Position numbers and translations under genes: made by a program | Assembly (NCBI GenBank): GCA_963739255.1 | Contig: CAVTZT010000010.1 | Coordinates: forward strand, 212,392-276,391 | Length of the DNA stretch: 64,000 nucleotides | Direction of reading: 5' to 3' | Source of the DNA: an uncultured Chloroflexia bacterium | Lineage (GTDB): Bacteria; Chloroflexota; Anaerolineae; Anaerolineales; Villigracilaceae | Shown: positions 8,143 to 16,919 of the stretch, in pieces | How the letters are laid out: each line of letters begins with the position of its first letter | Position numbering within the stretch: position 1 is the stretch's first letter | Notes under the pieces: model-generated | Seen by the model: only the letters and a program-made list of their open reading frames with translations | Database searches by the model: none | What the model was told of the DNA's origin: nothing

Positions 8143-9750
8143 ATGAACAGGGAACTGGTTCGAGATCGTCGCTTCACGTCGGTGATGCTGGTTGCCGCGC
8201 TATTCGTCGTGGTCTATCTGGCGGCCAATGTCTTTCGGATCGGGGGGAATGATGCGGTCGTGAAGGTTAATGGCGACCTTACTCCCATTTTTGCCACCCT
8301 CAATGCTGCTGTCTGTGTCTGGATCTGGGCCCGATCCAGCAAGAGCGACATTACCAGGCGAATCTGGGCATTGTTTGCCCTGGGGATGAGTTTGTGGGCT
8401 CTGGCTGAAAACATCTGGATGATTTACTCCCAAGGGATTATTCCGGAGCCGCCTTATCCTTCGGTGGCAGACATCTTTTTCCTTATCGGCTACATCCCGC
8501 TATTTCTCTCCCTCATTTCCCGCTATAAAACCCTTCAGGTGGCACCAACCAGAAAACAGTGGCTGGTCACCGCCATGATTGCCTTACCGGTTATCGTGCT
8601 GACTGTCTATCTCATTATTATCCCCATTGTTCGGGAATTTTCTTCTCAAAGGATCATCGAAGAAATCCTGAACATCACATATCCCTTGGCTGACCTGGCT
8701 CTCTTGCTGGTGACATTTTTTATCGTCTACGTGATCAACGAGGGAGTGTTCTCCCTCGCCTGGAAGGTCATCATCTCCGGCCTGGTGCTCATGTCATTTG
8801 GCGACCTGACGTACTATTATGCCTCCTGGAACAGCATATACCTGCCGGATGGGCGCCTCAACGCAGTTTCGATTCTGACAGATTACCCATATAACATTTC
8901 CTATCTGGTGATGTCGTTGGGGATATACATTTACTGGCTTACTTCGGCCCGCCGTCAACAGGAAGAGATTGCCGCTAAAGTGAATTCCGATCGCAAGGTA
9001 AACTGTGACATCCTGGTATTTACAGACGGGGAGGACAATATCCTCTCTTGCAGTGATAATTTCCCAAAACTTGTCGGGGCAGTCGATAAGTCCCAATTAA
9101 TCAAATCGCCATTGCAAAAAGCCCTGGGGATCGAGGGTGAAAAAATGGCGGCGATACTGAAGCAAATCGTTGAAATCGGCTATTTGAATGATCAGCAACT
9201 TAACATCGTCGATTGGCAGGGTCATTCCCATGAAGTATGGGTTACCGCATTATCCACACACCAGGCGGACACATACAGCGGCGCAAATATTGTAATTCGT
9301 GCATATCTCGATGACAGGATCGAGAATGACTTGAGCCAGGAATCGCGGTTGCTCGTCGACCATATGTTATCTGAGGTGGGCGTGTTTGAAAGGGAGAACC
9401 GGCAACTCATCAGGAATTATTTCACGGCACAGATCCAAGCTTTGACCCAACTGGCCCGCACCCTCGGCGGGGACAAGATCGTGCGTGCCCTGGGGCAGGT
9501 TTTAGAGGCTTCCGTGAAGGAAAACAATTTGCCGGCCGAGATAAATCTTCCAGATGTACTGCTCCTGGAGCAGGAGGAGAATAAAAAACTGGCGGAAACC
9601 TGCATGACGCTGCTTGAGAAGGCCGGCCAATATCTGCGTGGTATTGCGGATTCAACCATGGTGTACAGAGAAATGAAAAAAGCGGAACTAGAATTTAGCG
9701 AGGGCGATCTCAAGGTCATCGATAGTTTTGGGTTGAGAAAATTGAGCTGA
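8143..9750 (+). CDS. multi-pass membrane sensor-like protein without recognisable output domain
   Basis: 535 aa. About 8 predicted TM helices in the first ~270 aa, then a PAS-like region (VNCDILVFTDGEDNILSCSDNFPKLVG...) and a coiled-coil tail. Visibly lower GC than the flanks. Confidence 0.65.
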   Translation: MNRELVRDRRFTSVMLVAALFVVVYLAANVFRIGGNDAVVKVNGDLTPIFATLNAAVCVWIWARSSKSDITRRIWALFALGMSLWALAENIWMIYSQGIIPEPPYPSVADIFFLIGYIPLFLSLISRYKTLQVAPTRKQWLVTAMIALPVIVLTVYLIIIPIVREFSSQRIIEEILNITYPLADLALLLVTFFIVYVINEGVFSLAWKVIISGLVLMSFGDLTYYYASWNSIYLPDGRLNAVSILTDYPYNISYLVMSLGIYIYWLTSARRQQEEIAAKVNSDRKVNCDILVFTDGEDNILSCSDNFPKLVGAVDKSQLIKSPLQKALGIEGEKMAAILKQIVEIGYLNDQQLNIVDWQGHSHEVWVTALSTHQADTYSGANIVIRAYLDDRIENDLSQESRLLVDHMLSEVGVFERENRQLIRNYFTAQIQALTQLARTLGGDKIVRALGQVLEASVKENNLPAEINLPDVLLLEQEENKKLAETCMTLLEKAGQYLRGIADSTMVYREMKKAELEFSEGDLKVIDSFGLRKLS

Positions 9751-10005
9751 CGGTTTTCTCTCCGTTTTCGGAAATCTACGCCCGGCTGAGTCTAGACTTG
9801 TATTTATTAACCGTTGAACTTGATACCCCCCCAGAGCATTTAGGGGGCAGTCCGACCTTTCTCCGCACAAAGCTGACAGGTTGCCGTTATATCAGGGGGT
9901 AATATCCGCTCCAACTTGGAGAGCGTTTGACCCGTTGACGCCCGTGGTATGATGAATAAGAGGCCTGCAGTACCTTTTGGGGTATTCGGGTCAATAATAT
10001 TTGCC

Positions 10006-10034
10006 TTGCGAGTCCGCAAAAAATCAGTTAGAAT
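10006..10034 (+). promoter_or_regulatory. sigma-70-type promoter candidate TTGCGA-N17-TAGAAT
   Basis: TTGCGA 10006-10011, a 17-nt spacer, TAGAAT 10029-10034, about 45 nt upstream of ATG 10079. The architecture matches the two tRNA promoters in this window. Confidence 0.45.
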
Positions 10035-10078
10035 AATGAAACATATGTTCTGCCCCCCTGCATGATAAGAGGTGCCCC

Positions 10079-11110
10079 ATGGAGTCCAATGTCTTTCACC
10101 GTATTCGCGAGAGTTTGTCCGAGAAGCGCCAAAACCTGAACGAGTGGCTGGAGACGACGCCCGAGCCCGAGAAGGACTGCTGCCTGGCCTGCGAAGGTGA
10201 TCAACCCGTTCAGGATCACCTGCATGTCCTGGATCAGACCATGGAGAAGGTCGACGACCAGACCCTGGGAGTTTGCCAGGTCTGTCACGGAAAGATCGAA
10301 CCGGGCGTCCTGGAAATTGATTACACTGCCTCGATCTGCCTGGATTGTCTTTCCGATGAGGAAAGGCGCCAGCTGGAGACCGAGCTGGAGTTTTCGTCCG
10401 AGATCCAGCGCGCCTTGCTGCCGCAGCAGGACCCTGCCATCCCCGGCCTGGAGATCGCCGCCTTCAGCCGTCCCGCCCAGATCATCGGCGGCGATTACTT
10501 CGATTTCTTTCAATTCCATAACGGCGCGCATGGATTGGTCATCGCGGACGTGATGGGTCATGGCGTGTCGGCCAGCCTGCTGATGTCCAGCCTGCAGACT
10601 GCCCTGCATACCCTGGTCCCGGATGCCGATTCTCCCTCGGAAGTGATGCAGCGTGTCAATCGCTATTACCTGCACAATGTCAACCTGACCACTTTCGTGA
10701 CCGTCTTCCTGGGTCAATTCGATCCTGCAACGCAGATGCTCACGTACTGCAATGCCGGCCATAACCCTCCATTGCTCTACCGCCAGGGCACGAATGGGGA
10801 TGGTCAGGCCTCCTGGCTGCAGCCGACCGGGGCGGCGATCGGCGTGATGGAAGACTACGCCATCCGTGCGGAGCAGGTCGGTCTGCAGGCCGGGGACATC
10901 CTGCTGCTCTACACCGACGGCCTGACCGAAGCCATCAACCCCGGCCAGGAGCAGTTGGGCAAGGACCGGCTGGCGCAGCTGATCACCCGGAATGCGAGTC
11001 TGCCGGTCAGAGACCTGGTGGCCTCGGTCCGGCAGGAGCTGGCCGATTTCATCGAGGGCGGCACCCTGGCAGACGACGTGACCATCCTGGTCTGCAAGGT
11101 CCCGGGGTAA
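10079..11110 (+). CDS. PP2C/SpoIIE-family serine phosphatase with N-terminal DksA/TraR-type C4 zinc finger
   Basis: Zinc finger 'CQVCHGKIEPGVLEIDYTASICLDC' (Cx2C-x17-Cx2C) follows a coiled coil. SpoIIE-type core: 'GGDYFDFF', 'LVIADVMGHGVSASLLMS', 'YCNAGHNPPLL', 'LLLYTDGLTEA', 'DDVTILVCKV'. Confidence 0.85.
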   Translation: MESNVFHRIRESLSEKRQNLNEWLETTPEPEKDCCLACEGDQPVQDHLHVLDQTMEKVDDQTLGVCQVCHGKIEPGVLEIDYTASICLDCLSDEERRQLETELEFSSEIQRALLPQQDPAIPGLEIAAFSRPAQIIGGDYFDFFQFHNGAHGLVIADVMGHGVSASLLMSSLQTALHTLVPDADSPSEVMQRVNRYYLHNVNLTTFVTVFLGQFDPATQMLTYCNAGHNPPLLYRQGTNGDGQASWLQPTGAAIGVMEDYAIRAEQVGLQAGDILLLYTDGLTEAINPGQEQLGKDRLAQLITRNASLPVRDLVASVRQELADFIEGGTLADDVTILVCKVPG

Positions 11111-11132
11111 AAACGTCCCTGAACGGGCCTCT

Positions 11133-11907
11133 ATGATGAAAACGAAGGAAGAGATCGTCACCAATTGGCTGCCGCGTTACACGGGTACCCCCCTGGAGGA
11201 TTTCGGGCAGTGTGTCCTGCTGGTCAACTTCAGCGATTACCTGCATCGCTTTGCCAGGATGAACGGCGTGCGTATTTGCTGCGAAGACAAGCCCATGCCG
11301 AATGCCACTGCCGACGGCATCACCATGATCAACTTCGGAATGGGCTCGGCCAACGCCGCCACCGTCATGGACCTGCTCTCGGCGATCAAGCCGAAGGCGG
11401 TCCTCTTCCTGGGCAAGTGCGGCGGGTTGAAGGAGAAAAGCCAGCTTGGTGACCTGATCCTGCCGATCGCCGCCATCCGCGGCGAGGGCACCTCGAACGA
11501 CTATTTCCCGCCCGAGGTGCCCGCCCTGCCGGCCTTCAACCTGCAAAAAGCCGTCTCGACCACCATCCGCAACTACGGCCGCGATTACTGGACCGGGACG
11601 GTCTACTCGACCAACCGGCGCGTACTGGGAGCACGACGAGGAGTTCAAAACCTACCTGCGCCGCATCCGCGCCCTGGCGATCGACATGGAAACCGCCACC
11701 ATCTTTTCCACCGGTTTCTTCAACCAGATCCCCTCCGGTGCCCTGCTGCTGGTGTCCGACCAGCCGATGACGCCGGAGGGGATCAAGACCGCCGAATCGG
11801 ACGCGCAGGTGACGGAGGACTTCGCCGACCTGCACCTGCGCATCGGCATCGATGCCCTAAAAGAGATCATCAATGACGGGCTGACCGTCAAGCACCTGAA
11901 ATTCTAG
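11133..11907 (+). pseudogene. short AMP nucleosidase / PNP_UDP_1-family nucleosidase, one frameshift
   Basis: 'VTNWLPRYTG...INFGMGSANAATVMDLL...LFLGKCGGL...IRGEGTSNDY...TVYSTNRRV' then a frame change near 11622-11626. The +1 frame continues 'WEHDEEFKTYLRRIRALAIDMETATIFSTGF...LLLVSDQPM' to the stop at 11907. Confidence 0.7.
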
Positions 11908-11939
11908 ACCCATTGGGCCGCCCGCCACGAGGAAGCCGA

Positions 11940-12704
11940 ATGCTCATCGCCATCACCCGCGGCGTCAGCCCGGCGATCAACCAGTGCGAATTGACCAACC
12001 TGGAGCGCGTCCCGATCGACCTGGAGACGGCCCGCCGCCAGCATGGCGAATATGAAAGCCTGCTCGAGTCCCTGGGGGTGGAAGTCCATTCCCTGCCCGC
12101 CGAAACCGACCTGCCCGATTCGGTCTTCGTCGAGGACGCGGCCGTTGTCCTGGACGAATGCGCCGTCCTCACCCGGCCTGGCGCCGGTTCGCGCCGGCCC
12201 GAGGTCGAGTCGATCGCCCAGGCGCTGGCTCCCTACCGCAAACTGTTTTCCATCCAGGCTCCCGGCACCCTGGACGGCGGCGATGTGCTGGTGGTCGGCA
12301 AGAACGTTTATGTCGGTTTGTCCACGCGCTCGAACCGGTCCGCCATCGACCAGATGCAGGCTTTCCTGGCGCCCGATGGTTACAGGGTTCACGGGGTCCG
12401 CGTCACCGGCTGCCTGCACTTGAAATCGGCGGTGACGCAGGTCGCCGAGCATATCCTGCTGGTCAACCCGGCCTGGGTGGGGCTGGATCATTTTACCGGG
12501 ATGCAGTTCATCGAGGTAGATCCATCCGAACCACATGCCGCCAATGCCCTGAGGATCGGCGAGGTGGTGATCTGCCAGCCCGCCTATCCCAGGACCCGCC
12601 AGCACCTGGAACAGGCCGGGATGCGGGTGGTGGTGGTGGACGAGACCGAGTTGGGTAAGGCCGAGGGGGCGCTGACGTGCTGTTCGCTGATTTTCAGTTC
12701 TTGA
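11940..12704 (+). CDS. dimethylarginine dimethylaminohydrolase / amidinotransferase-fold enzyme
   Basis: ATG 11940 follows GAGGAAG. 'DSVFVEDAAVV', 'TLDGGDVLVVGKNVYVGLSTRSN', 'GCLHLKSAVT', and the C-terminal catalytic-Cys context 'GALTCCSLIF', typical of DDAH. Confidence 0.75.
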   Translation: MLIAITRGVSPAINQCELTNLERVPIDLETARRQHGEYESLLESLGVEVHSLPAETDLPDSVFVEDAAVVLDECAVLTRPGAGSRRPEVESIAQALAPYRKLFSIQAPGTLDGGDVLVVGKNVYVGLSTRSNRSAIDQMQAFLAPDGYRVHGVRVTGCLHLKSAVTQVAEHILLVNPAWVGLDHFTGMQFIEVDPSEPHAANALRIGEVVICQPAYPRTRQHLEQAGMRVVVVDETELGKAEGALTCCSLIFSS

Positions 12705-12805
12705 TCCTGTCCTCCAAACCCATCCCACGGGGGGACCTTTCAGGGTAGAATTCACCAGGAAAAATCACCGGCCTGCCGGCAGCCTGTCCGAAATCAACGC
12801 GACCC

Positions 12806-13090
12806 ATGATGACCCACGTCAAAATCCTCAGTCTTCGCCGCCAAGAGCGTTACATTGTCCGGCGCTTGGTGTTGGCAGCGCAACGCCAGTTGCAGGCCCA
12901 GATTCCGAACTTGGGGGTCGATATCACCGAGGTCGGCGAACCGTCTGAAATTGGGAAATATGCCCTGGTCGTTGTGACCCCCAGCCTGGTCATTGATGAG
13001 AAAACCGTCTGCAGCGGGCGAGTCCCTGCCAAGGAGGAGGTCGTGCTTTGGCTGAGGGAGGCAATTGAGTTGACCGAAGGCCGGGAGTGA
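12806..13090 (+). CDS. thioredoxin-fold (Thioredoxin_3-like) small protein lacking the CxxC motif
   Basis: 94 aa. The C-terminal 'TPSLVIDEKTVCSGRVPAKEEVVLWL' matches the small MTH895-type thioredoxin-like family. The position of the usual GCxxC reads 'SLRRQERY'. Confidence 0.55.
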   Translation: MMTHVKILSLRRQERYIVRRLVLAAQRQLQAQIPNLGVDITEVGEPSEIGKYALVVVTPSLVIDEKTVCSGRVPAKEEVVLWLREAIELTEGRE

Positions 13091-13298
13091 GCGGCAGACG
13101 AAGGGGGAGATACATTTTTCCAGTAATTGGACCTGAGCAGGCAATAAATCCCCTATAGACCCCACTGCGGATATTGGCAGCGTCTTTTATCATATATTTA
13201 TGATAATTAAGACCATTTTAATCTCTATAATGTATAAATATTTTATCGTTTCTCAGGGCATGGAGTTGCCCTGCATCTTTGTGCAAGGAGGATTGGTT

Positions 13299-13853
13299 AT
13301 GAGGAAAGAAATCGTTATCTCTGCTCTGTCTGTGCTCGCCGTATTGTTGTCCGCCTGCGGAGCCGCCGCCACGCCAACGCCGGCTGCGCCCACGGCCATG
13401 CCTGCAGCGGATACCCCAATGCCTGCGACCGATACGGCCATGCCGGCCGCGCCAACTGTCGCGGCAGCCACAGATACCGTCATGCCGCCGGCCGTGCCGG
13501 CCGCGGCGGCCAATCTCATGACCCAGCAGAGTGCTACGCTTGGGGATTACTTGGTCGACAGCAATGGCATGACCCTATACATCTACACCAAAGATCAGCC
13601 GGGCACCAGTACGTGCTATAACGGCTGTGCTACGAACTGGCCTCCTCTCCTGACGAATGGGGCGCCGGTTGCCGGCACCGGGGTAACCGCCTCCATGTTG
13701 GGCACTACGCAGCGCACGGACGGGTCAACGCAGGTCACCTACAATGGTTGGCCGCTCTATTACTTCGCGGCCGATAAGGCGGCCGGGGATACCAACGGCG
13801 AGGGGAAAGGCGGCGTCTGGTATGTAATGACACCCGCTGGAACCCAGAAGTAA
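13299..13853 (+). CDS. secreted lipoprotein with COG4315-type repeats
   Basis: ATG 13299 follows AAGGAGGA. Signal peptide plus lipobox 'VLAVLLSAC', an Ala/Pro/Thr/Met-rich linker, then 'LVDSNGMTLYIYTKD...CYNGCATNWPPL' and 'TYNGWPLYYFAADK'. Confidence 0.75.
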   Translation: MRKEIVISALSVLAVLLSACGAAATPTPAAPTAMPAADTPMPATDTAMPAAPTVAAATDTVMPPAVPAAAANLMTQQSATLGDYLVDSNGMTLYIYTKDQPGTSTCYNGCATNWPPLLTNGAPVAGTGVTASMLGTTQRTDGSTQVTYNGWPLYYFAADKAAGDTNGEGKGGVWYVMTPAGTQK

Positions 13854-14141
13854 ATCTCTTGAGGGATACGCCAACCTAGAATGGGGAAATGCGGAATGGC
13901 TTTCCTGAACGACAGCTGACGATAGATTTTGATCCATAAGCGTAGCTGTATCCCCCCTTCGCCCATCTGCGTGAAGGGGGGCTTATTTATGACCGGCCCG
14001 TGGATTGCGGTACAATCGGATGGTTTCCCCTGGCACTTTCTATGGGATCAAAGGATGGCGTACCCAATACGACCCAAGAGGATCAATTTGCCGCTGCAAC
14101 ATGGATTACTGCAATGGAAAAATCCTGACGAGGAAACCAAT

Positions 14142-14909
14142 ATGCATATTCTGGTCACCAACGATGACGGCGTGCAGGCCCCGGGGTTATTAGCGCTGGC
14201 ACAGGAGATGCGCTCACTGGGGCAGGTAACGATTTTTGCGCCTGACCGTAACTGGTCGGCGTCGGGGCACGTCAAGACACTGGACCGCCCGCTCCGCGTC
14301 CGGGAGGTCCATCTGGCGGATGGCACGGCGGCGTATTCCTCGGATGGGGCCCCGTCCGATTGCGTCGCCCTGCCGCTGATGGGTTTCGTCCCTGAAAAGA
14401 TCGACATAGTGGTGTCAGGAATCAATCCAAATGCCAATATCGGATATGACGTGACCTATTCGGGCACGGTGACGGCGGCCATGGAGGCGGTCATCACGGG
14501 CAGAGTCCCTGGGATTTCGGTCTCAATGGATTGCCCTGAGTATCACCGCGATCCAATCGATTACTCCACGGCTGCACGGGTTGCCCGCCGGGTGGTGGAG
14601 AAAGTAATGGCCGAGAGCCTGCCGGCCGGCGTGCTGCTCAACGTCAATATCCCGTATTTACCGGAAGACCAGCTCAAGGGCTGGATGGTCACGCGGCAAG
14701 GGCTGCGGGTCTATCAGGACAAGCTCGAGCGGCGCGTTGACCCGCGCGGGCGCCCCTATTATTGGATCGGCGGCGGGTCGCCCACCGGCGTCATCGAAGA
14801 AGGAACTGACTTTGGCGCGCTCAAAGCCGGGTATGTCTCGGTTACGCCGCTGCAGCTGGATCTAACCGCAAAGTGGATGATCGAGAACATGAAAGATTGG
14901 AATTATTAA
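14142..14909 (+). CDS. surE: 5'/3'-nucleotidase SurE (copy 1)
   Basis: 'MHILVTNDDGVQAPGLLALA', 'APDRNWSASG', 'GINPNANIGYDVTYSGTVTAAMEA'. ATG 14142 was chosen by family N-terminus and the upstream GAGGAA. Confidence 0.9.
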   Translation: MHILVTNDDGVQAPGLLALAQEMRSLGQVTIFAPDRNWSASGHVKTLDRPLRVREVHLADGTAAYSSDGAPSDCVALPLMGFVPEKIDIVVSGINPNANIGYDVTYSGTVTAAMEAVITGRVPGISVSMDCPEYHRDPIDYSTAARVARRVVEKVMAESLPAGVLLNVNIPYLPEDQLKGWMVTRQGLRVYQDKLERRVDPRGRPYYWIGGGSPTGVIEEGTDFGALKAGYVSVTPLQLDLTAKWMIENMKDWNY

Positions 14910-15051
14910 TTAATATACATGCAAGAGACCCCTCAAACATTCTTCTTCGAACTACGGTTAAAGATTGCAGTGAAGGACGATCGCCTCCTACTTCTCACGG
15001 ATCCTATAAATGGAAACTTTTCCATGATCGATTGCGTCGGAGCTCAAGAGG

Positions 15052-16674
15052 ATGCATAGAAAAAGCCTGCGCGTCATCATTGTTGCAGCCACCTGCGTTG
15101 CAATCCCTTCGCTCATTCTGCTGCTGCACCTGACGACCAGTCCCCGTTTCGTGTCTCTTTCACCTGACAGCGGCGTTTTTGCCTATGCAGGCAAACTGGT
15201 TGCCGAAGGGAAGCTTCCCTATCGTGATTTTTTTGACCACAAACCGCCGCTCATTTATTATCTCGAGGCGCTGGCGATTTCTATATCAGGACCGAATCCC
15301 TGGTCGATCTGGTGGCTGGATGTGATTTATCTTGCGGTCACGGGGATTGTATTTTTCCTGGTACTAAGCAAAGTGACTCATGTTATAACGGGCAGTCTCA
15401 CCAGCGGCATTTTTATCTTGACTTTGATGACGCCGCAGTTCTTCACAGGAGGCAACTACACAGAAACCTACGGACTTCTTCCACAAGTGTTGATCATCGG
15501 TGCGACATACTGTTATCTCCGCAACAGGAAAAGCCTGTGGGTTTTCCTTATCGGGATCATCACTGCTTTGGCATCCTTATTCAAACAGACCAATATTGCA
15601 CTGGGGGTGGGTTCCGCATTCGTCGTTCTATATCTGGACTTTCTTTCACAGCAAGCTCGGCTGGGAGTGAAACATGCGCTCATATTTATTTCTGGGTTTT
15701 TATTGCCGTGGGGGATAACCGCCGCGCTCTGGGCGGGATTAGGAGCATTCCCACAATTCTGGGATGCGGTAGTTATGTACAACTTGTTTTATGTGCAGAA
15801 CGGCATATCCGCAAAGGGATTTTACGAGACCTGTCAAATCATACTGGGTTCCGTTCCATTATCGCCGCTGATGGTAATCGCCTTTGCGGGTTTTTGCATG
15901 TTTGTGCTGGTAAATAAGGCGTGGCTTTTTCATCGCATTCAAGGCAATGCAGTTATCCGTTCAGAGGAAAATGATCCTTCTGTTTCTGAGAAGTTATTTT
16001 TGGCCGTCTTTGCAGCGATACCTTTTGAAATCTTATTTATTTCTTTGAGCGGCCGCAATTATGGTCATTATTTCATCACCTTATTCCCTTCGGTTGTTTT
16101 TGCCTGCGGCTACACAATCAATAAATTGATCAACGAAACACCGGTAAAGAACCTTAGCCAGGCCGCCAGCATGGGTTTTACCGGGCTGCTTCTGGTGATC
16201 TGGTTTGTTCCCACGTTCAGCAGTGTTCACCCTCAACGCCAACATTTATATAGTCTCCGGATGTTGGGGGATACTTCCCTCGTGCAGGATGATCTGATCT
16301 CTTACATAAACGAGCACACAAAGCCAAACGACCCTGTCCTTTTCTGGCAGGTGAGGGCCGGCGTGAACTTTGTAACCGGCCGTCCAGCTCCGTCCAGGTA
16401 TATTTACCCTTTACCTCTCTTTGTCAGGACGGAGGGCAGCCCCAGTCGATTTGAACAGTTCATGCAAGATATTAAGGCTCATCAGCCGGCATTGATCATC
16501 CTCCTCGTAAATGATCAAACCGTTCCTGCCTTTGATCTTCCTGACGACAAATTATGTCCGAACTGCATTCCCGAAGCCTTGGAAGGAATGAAAGAATTGA
16601 AAGCGTTCGTTCTTTCTAATTATCAAGTTGCCGACAAGTTTGATGAGTATAAGATTTATGAAAAGGTAAAGTAG
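15052..16674 (+). CDS. GT-C fold (ArnT/PMT-like) membrane glycosyltransferase, paralogue 1
   Basis: 540 aa. First-loop motif 'DSGVFAYAGKLVAEGKLPYRDFFDHKPPLIYY', more than 10 TM helices, 'FKQTNIALG', 'GRNYGHYF', and a ~150-aa C-terminal soluble domain ending 'CPNCIPEALEGM'. Lower GC than the flanks. Confidence 0.7.
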   Translation: MHRKSLRVIIVAATCVAIPSLILLLHLTTSPRFVSLSPDSGVFAYAGKLVAEGKLPYRDFFDHKPPLIYYLEALAISISGPNPWSIWWLDVIYLAVTGIVFFLVLSKVTHVITGSLTSGIFILTLMTPQFFTGGNYTETYGLLPQVLIIGATYCYLRNRKSLWVFLIGIITALASLFKQTNIALGVGSAFVVLYLDFLSQQARLGVKHALIFISGFLLPWGITAALWAGLGAFPQFWDAVVMYNLFYVQNGISAKGFYETCQIILGSVPLSPLMVIAFAGFCMFVLVNKAWLFHRIQGNAVIRSEENDPSVSEKLFLAVFAAIPFEILFISLSGRNYGHYFITLFPSVVFACGYTINKLINETPVKNLSQAASMGFTGLLLVIWFVPTFSSVHPQRQHLYSLRMLGDTSLVQDDLISYINEHTKPNDPVLFWQVRAGVNFVTGRPAPSRYIYPLPLFVRTEGSPSRFEQFMQDIKAHQPALIILLVNDQTVPAFDLPDDKLCPNCIPEALEGMKELKAFVLSNYQVADKFDEYKIYEKVK

Positions 16675-16919
16675 TGAATATCCTTCCCTGGATCAATGGT
16701 TGTGGACAAGAATATCGGCATTTTTGGGATAATACCCAGTGTTTTCTTTCCTCCAAAAAATGGGGCTATACCATGGCATGAAGAATTATGCTTACCCAAG
16801 TTTTCGATGACGAGTATCAGCCCAGTGAGCTAGAAGAACCGATGATGTAATATTCAAATTGGATTTTACAACTTGTACTTTGAGACTGATCGAAATCGAG
16901 GAAGGCAGAAGTTTCGCTT

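Noticed and set aside
10028-11164. 378-aa minus-strand ORF opposite the zinc-finger/PP2C gene.
   Set aside because: Antisense shadow ORF. The plus frame has complete SpoIIE motifs and an RBS.
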